This document shows positions 23,006-34,369 of a DNA stretch of 64,000 bases, one piece after another. Origin of the DNA: Perkinsela sp. CCAP 1560/9 (taxonomy: Eukaryota; Protista; Euglenozoa: Kinetoplastea); contig CBFFSA010000010.1 of the NCBI GenBank assembly GCA_965644495.1, forward strand, positions 310,001-374,000. Direction: 5' to 3'. Under the pieces are notes generated by a model. That model ran no database searches. It had not been told where the DNA came from and worked only from the letters and a program-made list of their open reading frames with translations. Numbering within the stretch: the stretch's first letter is position 1; each line of letters opens with the position of its first letter. The translations under genes and the position numbers were made by a program.

Positions 23006-25894
23006 ATGTTTCCAATGACCTTTTCTTTACTAGTATCGGATTTAGGAAAAGCTCTTCGAGAAAGAAGATTATCGGATTCTTCGGCGCTACCATCGAAAGA
23101 AGCTATTCGAGAAATGAGGAGTCGCCTCACTAATTTAACTCTTCAGGACGTAAGTGATGCAGCAGCACTAAGCCATGAGCTCCTAAAATCGCAAATCACA
23201 ACGGAAACAGCAACTGCAAGTAATGACGGAACGACCGCTCTACCTACCTTTGACTACGCTTGGGAATTGTTAAATCTCGTTGCTGTCGTCCCTGGTTCGG
23301 GAATGTACGGAAAAAAGAATAATTCCACGATCGCATCAAATCTTCAAAATATTTTACAGACACTTTGGAACATTGTTGAGGTCTCCTTCGAAGGAAGTGC
23401 TGAAGTATACACACCACAAAGTTTGATCGAAAATTCACAGGAAACTTCTAAAACCGGTGAGCAGAATATCACGCCGTGCGAAAGCATTTTAGAAACTTGG
23501 ACCAAATTTTGTGCCATATCGTTACAAACCTTTATTGCGTTCCTCCATACAGTTTCCATCAACAAACAACAGTGCACCGAGGTGTGCCACCGTATTATTG
23601 CAATGGTCGAACTACCGCGAGGATGGGAACTTCCACCCTTGCTTGCCGAGCTCCTTTGCTTCGTGATCCCGCACGTGCCACAGCAGGAGGCCCGAGGCAA
23701 ACTGCTGTCGTTTTTCTCCAGCCGCCTGATTCCCCTTATGGACCTCTCTAAGTCCTACTTCTTTAATCTCCACCTTCTCGCATCCACCATCCACGTACTG
23801 CACCTTTTAAAAAAAGATGTTTTTCATCTTCTTCCGGGACGTCAGGACCACCCCCTGGCACGATTCCTGCTCAAGAACGCTCACCCCTTACCTCCGACGC
23901 GTGGATTAACGGATGCGCTCCGTAAAATGCTCGAAAAGTACTACACACTAAAGCCCAACCCCGAGTTCTTGTTCGCGACCGCTGCTCGGGTAGCCCTCTC
24001 CAAGTTGCAGCTGCAGGAACCGCTTCGTGTGTGTTTCACGACCACATTACTTCACCTGGACTGCGCGGCTCACCCGGAGTACACGCTGCCGTATTGCCAC
24101 ATTCGAAGCATTCGTATTCTAAAAGGCCGTATTTTAGTTTTCAAATTGCTAAGTGTGCCGGGGAATCTGTTGGCCTGTACGGGATGGGACGATTCGAAAA
24201 TTTTCGGGCTAAGCTCTGCAGCTTCGCATCCACGTCGGGGCGAGGGGGCTGAACTGAGTGTGGAGTTTGACGCCCCCACTTTTGCGTATATTAAAAACTC
24301 TGAGCTTCGTCACTGGGTACAAAACGAACAGCAACGTTTGATTGAGGCGATGAACACAAGAGAGAAAAACGTTTCCCATGTAGCTGTGGATAAATCGATG
24401 CAGGATCAAGCCAACCGTTTGAAGAGTTCGACCGTGGAGGGTGCTCCGAATCGGTTAACTTCTAGACCATCGGAAACGAAGATTCCCGAAGTGGTCAACG
24501 TTTCTCCTCTTTCGATAGACACAAGTCCTCCGGACCAGGACGCACCGCCTGCCGTAATTACCTCTCTGGATGTACGCGAGGCGCTGGCCTCTTCTCTGGA
24601 ATCCCCCGTCCATGCAGGAATAGAAGCCCATGAAGCTGTGCCGCAATATCCAGATGAAGTAAATGAAATAGAGAGCAGAAAAAATGATACAAATATAGCG
24701 AAAAGAGTGCGTACGCCTTCGCCGTATCACGATTTGGATGCGCCCTGTCGTAATACCCGCTCGGCGGTTCGTGCGCGGCTCTCTCAAGAGCACACTGCCG
24801 AAAATCTACCGGATCATATGCCTGCTGTCCTTTCTCGATCCTCCACGAAAAAAAACGGAAAAAAAATGGGACAGAAAGAAGAGCCAAGCCCTGGGTTGCG
24901 AGTACAACGAGGATCAGTAGAAAAAGAAAAGATTGCGAGGGAAAATGCGAGGAATCCGACTACACCTTTAAAACAAGGAGCCTCTTTTTTAAAAGGGGAA
25001 AGATCGGCCCGTGCTAGACGACTGGAACCTCAGTCTCGGGAGGAAAGTCCGTTAGCTCATCTCCGTGCGCTCTCTGTGCTGAATTATGAGATTCCCTCCG
25101 AGGAGGCAGTGAGTCCGGGAAAAGGAGAATCGAATAAATTACAAAGTGAAGCACACGGAGAATGCAGTTCTGCGGTTAAAGAGCCACACAGGAGCTCAAC
25201 GACAAGCGCCCAAATTGGGCCTCAAAATACTGCAGAAACTTTAGACTTTCAGTTTCTTTCTCAAGCAGAGTCCGGGGCATTCTCTCCACCCGAACTTTCA
25301 GAATACGTACAGAAAATACCCAACGAAGAGAACACGGCACTTCGGTTGTTGGGATCTGGAGTTCATGCCGCACATCAACTGGAGGGAGGTGAGTTTGATA
25401 CCCTGCTGAGCCAAGTCCGACAGGTGCTCTCCCAAACCGTGCGAAAACAGCGCGAAGAGGGACTGCAGTACCTCTCCCTTGCCATGGACACGCTGCAGCA
25501 GGCACTCGATGAGACCAAGCAACGAAACCAAACACATCGGGAAAATTATCTTCGTCTCGTTCGCAAGGAGACCGAGGCTCTACGGGAACGTGAGCGGAAT
25601 TTAAAAGATCGGCTTTCCCAGGCAGTAGACAAATTAAATGAACACTTTAGTAGCCTCTCCTCACAAATGCAGACCATGGGCACCCACATGAACACAATGG
25701 AAGAACAGTTCACGAATTGTGTGCAAGAGAGTGTGGACTATGAATCGCGTGTGTTGATCGACATTCAAACCTCGGTGGCTCGGAAAATGCAGGATATCGA
25801 AAAGCGCTTGTCGGCGACGTTGACCGCTACAAATCCGCTGAGTGTGCTGAGTGCGTACATTGCTCGAAAGATGGACACGACGGTGTCGAGATGA
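23006..25894 (+). CDS. 962-aa protein: helical N-terminus, PH-like segment, disordered linker, C-terminal coiled coil (SYCP2/KKT17-18-like architecture)
   Basis: Long ORF; beta-rich VCFTTTLLHL..TLPYCHIRSIRI..ILVFKL segment; heptad-rich last ~170 aa. Coding is confident, family is tentative. Confidence 0.55.
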   Translation: MFPMTFSLLVSDLGKALRERRLSDSSALPSKEAIREMRSRLTNLTLQDVSDAAALSHELLKSQITTETATASNDGTTALPTFDYAWELLNLVAVVPGSGMYGKKNNSTIASNLQNILQTLWNIVEVSFEGSAEVYTPQSLIENSQETSKTGEQNITPCESILETWTKFCAISLQTFIAFLHTVSINKQQCTEVCHRIIAMVELPRGWELPPLLAELLCFVIPHVPQQEARGKLLSFFSSRLIPLMDLSKSYFFNLHLLASTIHVLHLLKKDVFHLLPGRQDHPLARFLLKNAHPLPPTRGLTDALRKMLEKYYTLKPNPEFLFATAARVALSKLQLQEPLRVCFTTTLLHLDCAAHPEYTLPYCHIRSIRILKGRILVFKLLSVPGNLLACTGWDDSKIFGLSSAASHPRRGEGAELSVEFDAPTFAYIKNSELRHWVQNEQQRLIEAMNTREKNVSHVAVDKSMQDQANRLKSSTVEGAPNRLTSRPSETKIPEVVNVSPLSIDTSPPDQDAPPAVITSLDVREALASSLESPVHAGIEAHEAVPQYPDEVNEIESRKNDTNIAKRVRTPSPYHDLDAPCRNTRSAVRARLSQEHTAENLPDHMPAVLSRSSTKKNGKKMGQKEEPSPGLRVQRGSVEKEKIARENARNPTTPLKQGASFLKGERSARARRLEPQSREESPLAHLRALSVLNYEIPSEEAVSPGKGESNKLQSEAHGECSSAVKEPHRSSTTSAQIGPQNTAETLDFQFLSQAESGAFSPPELSEYVQKIPNEENTALRLLGSGVHAAHQLEGGEFDTLLSQVRQVLSQTVRKQREEGLQYLSLAMDTLQQALDETKQRNQTHRENYLRLVRKETEALRERERNLKDRLSQAVDKLNEHFSSLSSQMQTMGTHMNTMEEQFTNCVQESVDYESRVLIDIQTSVARKMQDIEKRLSATLTATNPLSVLSAYIARKMDTTVSR

Positions 25895-26214
25895 AGCCAG
25901 TAGAAGTCGGTTTCATCTCGTGACGTAGTTTAACTACGTTTGAACTCTTTGTAGCCAGTATACTGTTCATGTACATGTGTAGGGTCGAGTATATTTTAGG
26001 GTCGAGCTACGAAACGAATTCGCCGTGGTGGAAAAGCTTAAGTGGGGACAGTACTTTAAAAGTAGTTGCGCAGTGGGGTTTCAACGCATAATGGCACCGT
26101 TTTTATGAAAACGTTTGTAAAAAAGGTGAAAAAAAGAATTTCGCTTCAGTTTGGCCAATTTTTTGTCCTATTCCTTACAATTCGCCACTCTTTAATTTCC
26201 CTTTTTTTAGTAGT

Positions 26215-27342
26215 ATGAAGACCCGCCACCTTCCACGTCCCACGTATTCCTTATCCCGCCTTCCCTTGATTCGTACTCCGCTCCCCTTCTCCATCCTTTC
26301 TTGCACCACAGCGTTCCGAATGTGTTCGTCTCTTTCCTCGAACAATAACAACAACAAAGGCCCTTCAACCACTCCTCGCGCATCGTCTGCCTCCCGCTCC
26401 CCCATTTCGTCATCCCAAACCTCCGACTACTTTTCTCTTCTCCACGTCCCTCGTTGTATTATCCCTTCGGACCCTCACGCCTGGCACCAAACCCTCTCGC
26501 GTCATTATCACGAGGCCCAACTCCAATGTCACCCCGACATTACATTTTCTGCTTCCCCCGAAGTAGAACAAGAACAACAAGTCGGCCACGAGAGTGACGT
26601 TTCACCCTCTACTATTACCCACGCAGTAGAACAACAACAACAACAATCACAAGGTGATAAAAGCGATACTAGACGCTCCAGTACTCACCCCGTAGAACAA
26701 CAACAACAACAGAAAGAAACACAACAACAACAAACACAGGGTGACCAAAGTGACGCTAGTCGCTCTAGTATTCACCTCGTAGAACAACCACAACAACCAC
26801 AACAACAACAGCAACAACCACAAACACAACAACAACAAACACAACAACAACAGCAACAAACACAGGGTGACCAAACCAACACTAGTCGCTCGAGTACTCA
26901 CCCCGTAGAACAACAACCACAACCCCAGCAACAACCCCCCCACCGCAGTATGGAACTCAACCTCGCGTTCCACACCCTCCGCACCCCCTCCGGCCGCTGT
27001 CGTCACCTCCTCGCCCTCCACGGGGCGAACCCCAACCCCGACACCGGCGGCCGCCCCCTCCCCCTCCCCCCCGCGTTCCTCTCGAGAATGTTAGACGCCA
27101 ACGAGGCCGTGGAGGCCGCGATGCGGGCGGTGCCCGTGCCGGAGCCCACGCTGCGGGCCACCGTGGAGCGGGTGGAGCGGGAGATCGCGCAGTACTGGGC
27201 ACGCGCCCAGGCGGCGTACGCCGGGGGGGACTTTGCCGCGCTCGCGCAGGTCGCCGCGGAGGTGGTGTACCTGGAGCGGGTGCGGCAGCGGGTGCTGGAT
27301 TTTCTGCTCCAGGAGAGTTTGAAAACCCACACACCGGGTTAA
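26215..27342 (+). CDS. HscB/Hsc20 (Jac1)-type Fe-S cluster co-chaperone with a Q-rich insertion
   Basis: DYFSLL..CHPD J-domain start; SMELNLAFHTLRTPSGRCRHLL; PPAFLSRMLDANE C-terminal domain; R/S-rich N-terminus resembling a presequence. Confidence 0.8.
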   Translation: MKTRHLPRPTYSLSRLPLIRTPLPFSILSCTTAFRMCSSLSSNNNNNKGPSTTPRASSASRSPISSSQTSDYFSLLHVPRCIIPSDPHAWHQTLSRHYHEAQLQCHPDITFSASPEVEQEQQVGHESDVSPSTITHAVEQQQQQSQGDKSDTRRSSTHPVEQQQQQKETQQQQTQGDQSDASRSSIHLVEQPQQPQQQQQQPQTQQQQTQQQQQQTQGDQTNTSRSSTHPVEQQPQPQQQPPHRSMELNLAFHTLRTPSGRCRHLLALHGANPNPDTGGRPLPLPPAFLSRMLDANEAVEAAMRAVPVPEPTLRATVERVEREIAQYWARAQAAYAGGDFAALAQVAAEVVYLERVRQRVLDFLLQESLKTHTPG

Positions 27343-27786
27343 CGGGAAGGGGTGTGAGAAAGGGGGAGGGGTGGAATGGGGGGGAGGGGTTGGGTAGGGA
27401 AATAGCAAAAACGATGGGCCATGCAGGTTGAGTGAGGCGCTGGCGGAGGGCTGGGGATATGTAGGACGAAGCTTGTTTTTTCAGGTACACCAGTGTTTAT
27501 TCCATGTGCCAACCTTTTCCGTTATCAAAAAGTTATCTGGCTCTCGTGACCCTGCTTTATGCCGAGTTGGAAGTGGTTCTGAAATTTTCTCGCCTGGAAG
27601 ACGGTCTCGCCGTTGACGGGCGTGTTCTATTGATTTGAGGGCATGTCAAGTTCTAAGATTCATTTAATGTTGTGCTTTCATATTTGTAATTTGCTTACTT
27701 TTATGAAGTGTAAAACACGCCTTGAATGGGCCTGAAATTAGTATACATGTATATATTTTTTGAGATGTAGGCATTCTTCTATTCTA

Positions 27787-28092
27787 CCGTGTGCTCGCCC
27801 CCAGTAATAGACTCTCAGTAAGAAGAATTTGCCCATTTTTGGGCTGACTCCCAGTAACAAGGATTTGGCTCGGGAGGGTGATTGGAGGGGGGAGGGGGTG
27901 TTTGGGCGGATGGAGGTGGCTGGTCGGGGTGAGGGTGGTTGCGCGGGAGCGAATGGCGTAGTTGCGGAGTTGTCTGGGCAGAAGATCAACACACTCATGA
28001 ACCAAAATAGGCTTTGCTCACCGAAAAAGCGGACCCCCTCAGGAACAAGGATTTGGCCGTTTTAGTCGATTCTATTACTGGAGGATATACAG
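27787..28092. mobile_element. TA-flanked MITE, diverged copy of 30548-30867
   Basis: Shared cccccagtaatagac ends and internal gcgcgggagcgaatggcgtagttgcgg. Confidence 0.8.
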
Positions 28093-28106
28093 TAGTAAAT
28101 TTCTAG

Positions 28107-28358
28107 ATGATGCTTAATTCCCGGGAGCGTGCGGACACACGCCCTAGTAGAGTCCACAATGCACTGTTGCCCCCGGAACGTTGCCTCTTGCTGGCCAACG
28201 TGATTTCACAGGTTCCGAACCCACAAGAGAGTTGGAGCACTGAACCCCGTGATTTCAGCTGGAACGGTATTTCTTGCAACGCTGATGGAGTCTTAGTTGA
28301 CTGCGTGTTGACTACTTACACGGCAGGATCCTGCGGAACGCACTGCCTCAAATGTTGA
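28107..28358 (+). pseudogene. LRR family N-terminal fragment
   Basis: RPSRVHNALLP..PNPQESWS..WNGISC matches the family N-cap. Confidence 0.55.
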
Positions 28359-28659
28359 TTTCTCGAGGTTTCGCTAAAGGTTTAATGGTGGTTTCTATGT
28401 TTCGCGTGGTTTCATCAATGTTTCACGCGCAGCCCCCCACGTGAAGAATACACTTGTACCACTATTGCTAATACTATAAACAAACAAAACGTTTCATAGC
28501 AGATTTTTATGACACATGGTAAAGGGGTCACTGTTCCCAATTAAAAAAGGGAAAGTTTTTGTTGCGTTTAGGCTTGCAATAGCGAGTGCTACGATTTGCC
28601 CAGTGACTCCCTACACAGTGGCCCATCACTAAACCTCTCACGACGGGATTTTCTTTTCC

Positions 28660-30012
28660 ATGAGATTTGCTTCCCGTTCAATTCGTACGGCCATGCCCCC
28701 GAATAGTACGTTTTCATGTGTGTCCTCCCCCTCTCGAGCGAACAGAACGCCATCCTCCTTATCCGTTTCTCCAGCCAACCGTTCCACCTCCCCACTGGTG
28801 TCACCACATTCCTACCTCTTATGGGCACTCTCCAAAGGCGTTGTGTTGCATAGCGCACTTGAAATGGTGAAAGCAAAAAAAAGAGAAAAATGTGCCGAAA
28901 CCAGAGGAGTACCTGGTGCACGCTCCCCTCTGTGTATCCCGGAATACCATCTTATCCTACGTAACCCTGTGAAAGGTTGTGAAGATGAATCTTCTTTTCC
29001 TAGAGGGCAATGTGGTGAAGCACCGTTTTCCACCCTGGAGGAAAACAAGCCCACCCCTTCCCTGATCCTGCTTGCCGCGCTTCCCTACTCGCTTTGTGTA
29101 TGCACGACGAATATTGTAGAACTCACGCATGAGATTCATTCCTCCATCACGCGCACTGTTTTTAAAAACGACCAGCGCCTCCGACTTGCGTGGTGGATTG
29201 CGATCGAGACATGCAAGACGCGACGCTCCGTCTATGATGGATGGTTGCGTTGGCTCAAAGTGGCCTACCCAATTGGGAGTAATATCATGACAACAACAAC
29301 AATGTTGCGAGACATGTCAAATGATCATGAGAAAAAGTCTGGAAATTCGAGTTCCTTGGCTGAGGATGAAAAAACGGAAAATGCGAAATCGTTTTTGAAC
29401 CGAAAATTGAAATCCTGTGCGGAATGGATGCCGATATGGGAGGGGATGTACCGTGAGCTTTGCCTAAGAACAAATAGCCCCCCACTGCGGGTGTGGTTGT
29501 GGGCTTGTGTGCTGGTTCATGCAATGGGTGTTGATTTACCCTCGCGTGAGGCTTTGAAAGGGTCTGTGGAAATGACGGATTCCGAGGCTAGAAAACTGGA
29601 CGAATCCGGCGTGAGGAGCGCGGATGGGTACATGAGCCATGTGACGCAGGCGTGTACGATGCTTCCTGTAGTCGATGGTTTTCTTCGTGCTTCACAAGTG
29701 GAGGCTGTCAAACCTTCGGTCAGTGCTTCTAGATCAGCAATTGAAGTAATGCTGTCGTCTCCTATCCAACATGTGCCTGCAGAAGTTGAAATTTGGAACT
29801 CAGCGGAATTGCTTGATTACATTCACCACAATCCTTCGAAGAACTACTATTGGAATCCAGACGCCTTACTTACCCGATCGAGAGTACTGAATGAGCCTTT
29901 TATTGCGATAGTTGGAAATGCAAACATTTCTCAGGATACCGAGGTACGGAGTACAGGGGAAGACCTTAGTGCATCCTGCGATCAAAAATACGTACCAGTA
30001 CTGTATTTGTAG
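28660..30012 (+). CDS. Hypothetical protein, weak resemblance to Rubisco-LSMT-type SET proteins
   Basis: 450-aa ORF; LLWALSKGV, WLWACVLVH and MLPVVD segments. Confidence 0.55.
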   Translation: MRFASRSIRTAMPPNSTFSCVSSPSRANRTPSSLSVSPANRSTSPLVSPHSYLLWALSKGVVLHSALEMVKAKKREKCAETRGVPGARSPLCIPEYHLILRNPVKGCEDESSFPRGQCGEAPFSTLEENKPTPSLILLAALPYSLCVCTTNIVELTHEIHSSITRTVFKNDQRLRLAWWIAIETCKTRRSVYDGWLRWLKVAYPIGSNIMTTTTMLRDMSNDHEKKSGNSSSLAEDEKTENAKSFLNRKLKSCAEWMPIWEGMYRELCLRTNSPPLRVWLWACVLVHAMGVDLPSREALKGSVEMTDSEARKLDESGVRSADGYMSHVTQACTMLPVVDGFLRASQVEAVKPSVSASRSAIEVMLSSPIQHVPAEVEIWNSAELLDYIHHNPSKNYYWNPDALLTRSRVLNEPFIAIVGNANISQDTEVRSTGEDLSASCDQKYVPVLYL

Positions 30013-30384
30013 TTTGATCATGCACTTATAGTGCAGAGATTTGCTCACCATGTCCTTATCCCGCATACGACGGGTGGATCATGTGAGGTTTCGTCCTCGC
30101 CGGAGGTGTGCGGGTGCGGAGAGCTGGCGTCCCAGGTGCAGAGAGCTCGGTTGTCATGTGCAGGTGCAGAGAGCCGGATGCGCAATCCCCATATTACAGT
30201 TTCGGGGGCAATCCGGGTGCAGAGAGCGCTGACAGAGTCGAGGTGCGGGGAGCAGGGCCACCGCCAGGTGCAGAGAGCCGAGAGTCTCGTCGGCGGAGGA
30301 CACGCCTAGTGGTCCTCAAGGGAGGCCACCGTGACGCATGGCCCTCTCGGAGAGGAAAAAACGAGTCGAAGAAAGCCGACAGGG

Positions 30385-30511
30385 GGAAGCACACTCACTC
30401 CGGGGGAGTGAGTCGGGGAAGGGTGAAGGCGTGAAGGCGCGTCCCCTGCTTCAGCGACAAGAGGGACAGTTCCGATCTTAATGCCGGCCAGCAACGGGCA
30501 TAAAAATACAG
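30385..30511. repeat. Dispersed structured repeat, second copy at ~62235-62362
   Basis: ggcg(cg)tcccc.gcttcagcga...gggacagttcc..tctta.t.ccggc...gggcataaaaatacagt shared between copies. Confidence 0.75.
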
Positions 30512-30547
30512 TAAGAGTATGCCCGTTGCCGGGGAAAGAAGGGATTA

Positions 30548-30867
30548 CCGTATACCCCCCCAGTAATAGACCCCCCCAGTAATAGAGATTCGGCCATTTT
30601 TGAGCTGCCCCAGTAACAGAGATTTAGCTCGGGAGGGTGGTTGGAGGGGGGGGGGTTGAGCGGGTGGGGGTCGCTGAGCTGGGTGAGGGCGGTTGCGCGG
30701 GAGCGAATGGCGTAGTTGCGGGGTTGTCTGGGCAGAAAATCAATGCACCCATGAACAAAAAAGGTCTTTTCCCACCAAAAAAGCATACCCCCCAGTAACA
30801 GAGATTTGGCCATTTGGGTCCAAAATCGATTCTAAATTAAGTATTTATTACTGGGGGGGGTATACGG
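30548..30867. mobile_element. TA-flanked MITE with pogo/Tc1-type ends
   Basis: TA|ccgtatacccccccagtaata ... tattactggggggggtatacgg|TA. Confidence 0.85.
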
Positions 30868-32249
30868 TAACTAAGGAAAAAGTACGAACAAAGTACAGAA
30901 ACTGTATTAAGCTTTACGATCAGCAAATTTTGTGATATTGTTGAGACCGAAAGACACTGAGGTGTTCTGTGACGCTATCAATTTGGAACGGCCTTCGCTA
31001 TTCGAGACGAAAGCATAGTCCCTTTTAAGTGTTGTAATTTATCCTGTACCACCTCCTCACGCAACCAGTACGTCAGCCAACGTCATCCAGGCTTTTCACA
31101 GTCAAGATGCTGCCATCCTCCTCCTTAGCAGACATACAAAATTTTCGCTCGGAAATAGACCGGACCTCACGTAAGTTTCTATATTTCGTTTCTGTATGTC
31201 TTGCATTAGCTTGGAACCTTTCCTCACTGAGTATAGTTTAGAAAGCTCATTCACCACTCTTACGTCGAAATTCACGGATGTTTCCTCAGTTACAATGCAA
31301 AATAAAGAAACAACAAGGTCCAATATCAAATGTGCACACTTTGTTTTTGTATACAGCTATTGAGTAAACATCGTTGCGCCGGTAATATGTGCTAGTAGTG
31401 TAGGCATGGGCCTCATCTAATAAATGATCCTCAATGAATGTCGGCTAAGCAGCTCAGCCAGATTCTCCTGAGAGGGAGGGTGCCCTTCCTCTTACTAAGT
31501 TATTACTGGTTCATGAACCATTTCATGAAAATAGTGGTTCATGAAATGTTGTTGTTGTTGGGTCCGGGCCGTTTGTCTCCCAACAGATGTGGCCTCCTCA
31601 CTTTCCGCGTAGGTAGCAGTGCGGGTGCCCCACGCGGGGAGCAAATCTACAGCGCGAGAGCCTAGGCTCAACTGCAGCATGTTGACACCCGAGTTGCTTC
31701 CTCCGGGAGAATGAGGTGTCATGCCCTAGTTGTTTAGTGTCTTGTTATCCTGACACCGGGCGACCCATGCAAGGCGCTTGGCAATGGGGGTGTTGCCGAG
31801 GGCGGCGCAGGGGGTCGAAAAGGAGCGCGGCGGGGAGTGTGGCGTGGAGAGCGGCGGGGAGCGTGGTGGGGAGCGCAGGCGGGTTGAAGTGTTTGATCGG
31901 TTCACGAACCACCAACGTATAGTTTCCCAGCGTGCACAATATGGACCAGACGCCAAGGCGGACGCCTTCAGACTCCGAAGCAGAGAGAGGGATCTCCCTC
32001 TGCAACGATACCAGCCTTCAGGGCTTCCACGGTATGGAGAATCGCTTGCGCTCCTCGCTGAGTGTCTCCGCTATTGGATAACCTACAAGGTTGTAAGTTA
32101 CAATTTTAACTTACAACTTACAAGTAATTCTCAGGCGGTGGTAGGGATATGTAACTTTTGTAAAACTTGGCTCTAATACCTTGTTGAACACATCAACGCA
32201 TACTACGTTTAAGCCTGGGATTTTTTATTAGATTTATTATGGTTCTAAT

Positions 32250-33980
32250 ATGAAATTTGAAGATCTCCGTGTTTACCTCAGCGTGAAGAGCGATAGTACT
32301 TTTCGCAAGGATGAATTAAAACGGCAACTTCGTTCACTTGGGGTTGTGTACTCTCCTACCCTGGAGAACGCAAATATGATTGTGTTTCACAAAGGCTCGC
32401 CGGACACACTCCGACATGCGCAGGAAAGGTCCATCCCAGTCACCTCGCCCTCCTGGGTACAATCTTGTCATTTCCAAAAGCGTTGCTTACCGATTCAAAT
32501 GTACCAACCCATGAACACAGAACAAAAGTCAGTAGGGTACGCAGCAGATAAAAACGAACAACAAATGACACGGACACCTCCACGTCCCCCGCAGACTCTT
32601 TTAGACTCCGAAACAGGTACTCCCTCTCCTCCAAAAACTACGAACCCAATGCGTACATTACCTTCACAAGTCGACGCACTACGTGAACCAAAGCAAGGAA
32701 ATGTGCCGCGCGGCTTAAAAAGGAGCACGCTTGCAAAGGCCTCTCCTGGGAGCATTGCATTCATTTCAAGAAATACGGGTACGGAGAGTGTCACCAGTTC
32801 GGCGGATGCTCAAGGGGTGCGGGCTTCGCTCAATTCATTAAGCTCCCCCCTTGCAGCTATTTTTCAATCACAGTTCAATAGCTCGGAGAAATCTCCGAAA
32901 AACACTCCGACTTTAACCCCATTATTGGGGACAACGGCCTCGGAGCTTGTGGGGCTGTCGCAAAATGCCAAAGAAGTCCAGAAAGAGGTTACTTCAAAAA
33001 AGAAGTTCCAAAGTGCGCGTGACGAACAAGGTAACCATACAGCTGTGGAAACGACCACTAAGAACAAAACGAACAGCAAGACGAAGCGTTCTGTGAAATG
33101 CAAATCACCTGGCACGAATAGCCAAAATCCGTCCGATGAAAATGCAAGGAAACGAACATCCAAGCAAGGGATATCTAGCAGTGATGCTACTGAACCAAAT
33201 TCGAAAAAGGTAAACAAAAGCTCTTCAGAAAAAGCTTCCAAACTCACCAAGAACGAAATTTCAAAGCATGTGATTCTCATCTCCGGAACCGACACGGATC
33301 CTCTCATACCTATTGTGCAAACCCTTGGAGGACAGCTCGTCGAGGATCCTTTCTTACTCTCCCAAACCCCAATAATATCAACCTCTGGACCTCCTACCAA
33401 AACATTTACCAAAGCCTCAAATCGCGGTGCAGTACTTGCTCGCGTGTCCTGCCCCGCCCCTACCATCCTGGTTACCCCCGCACGCACGCTGCGCACCATG
33501 AAAGTGGTCTACGCTTACGCCACCGCGCTCCCGATTGTTCGGGTCGCGTGGCTGTACGCCTCCCTGTGTGAGGGGGCGTTGGTCGATCCCACCCCCTACC
33601 ACACGGTGGCGTATTTGAAACACCGTGCTCGGCTTGCCACCTCCCTCCCAGGGGGTGGGGCACGAAAAACAGTGCCGGAGCTTAGCCAGCTCTTTGCGGG
33701 CTACTCCGGGTTTATTTCCCTTCACTCCCTATCGGGGGATATAAAGGAACCCACGAAACCACAACTCGCGCATTTGCTTGAGAAATGTGGTATGCATTGT
33801 CTCGAGGACATGGAGGAATTTTGTGGTATCAAACAAAGCTCCAAAAAGGTATGCTTCATATGTCATGACAAGGCGGATGCCTCTGTGGTAGCCCTACCGA
33901 AACACTGCCTTGTTGTCTCCCCAAAGTGGGTTATGGATTGTATCGAACAGTGTCAGGTGTTACCTGTGTCACAGAAGTGA
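32250..33980 (+). CDS. BRCT protein with one N-terminal and tandem C-terminal BRCTs (microcephalin-like architecture)
   Basis: IVFHKG..VTSPSWVQSC; RTMKVVYA..IVRVAWLYASL; VVSPKWVMDCI. Confidence 0.8.
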   Translation: MKFEDLRVYLSVKSDSTFRKDELKRQLRSLGVVYSPTLENANMIVFHKGSPDTLRHAQERSIPVTSPSWVQSCHFQKRCLPIQMYQPMNTEQKSVGYAADKNEQQMTRTPPRPPQTLLDSETGTPSPPKTTNPMRTLPSQVDALREPKQGNVPRGLKRSTLAKASPGSIAFISRNTGTESVTSSADAQGVRASLNSLSSPLAAIFQSQFNSSEKSPKNTPTLTPLLGTTASELVGLSQNAKEVQKEVTSKKKFQSARDEQGNHTAVETTTKNKTNSKTKRSVKCKSPGTNSQNPSDENARKRTSKQGISSSDATEPNSKKVNKSSSEKASKLTKNEISKHVILISGTDTDPLIPIVQTLGGQLVEDPFLLSQTPIISTSGPPTKTFTKASNRGAVLARVSCPAPTILVTPARTLRTMKVVYAYATALPIVRVAWLYASLCEGALVDPTPYHTVAYLKHRARLATSLPGGGARKTVPELSQLFAGYSGFISLHSLSGDIKEPTKPQLAHLLEKCGMHCLEDMEEFCGIKQSSKKVCFICHDKADASVVALPKHCLVVSPKWVMDCIEQCQVLPVSQK

Positions 33981-34369
33981 TGGGGCCCACCTATTAGGTA
34001 ACACGTTCACAGTAAAGATGTACATTTTCATCTAAGTGAATTGATTCGTATAGGATATCTATTATTAATCAAAGTGATAGATACAGTCCTTTTTTTCACA
34101 CTTCTCCACTGTTCTTTCGAATTTGTCATTGCTTGGATGTTCGAAATACACCCAAAACAGGTTATTGTACACATGGGTACATGTATTACATCTACATGGG
34201 TACGGTATGTCCCAGGCGCAGGAATACATGCTACAAGTGCTACTCTTGAAAATTTACTAAGAGTTCAAATTTATTTCCATCTGTCTCGTAATGTTGCATC
34301 CTCTAGGGACTGTCACGACTGCTGACCGTATTCCAGGTCACTCGAAAATGGGAAAGTTGGGCTCAAATG

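Noticed and set aside
26600-26945. CRISPR-like repeat/spacer pattern
   Set aside because: Repeats are in-frame coding units with microsatellite 'spacers'; no cas genes; eukaryotic context.
31600-32176. GC-rich segment with short ORFs on both strands
   Set aside because: No motif recognised; probably decayed element sequence and cannot be assigned.
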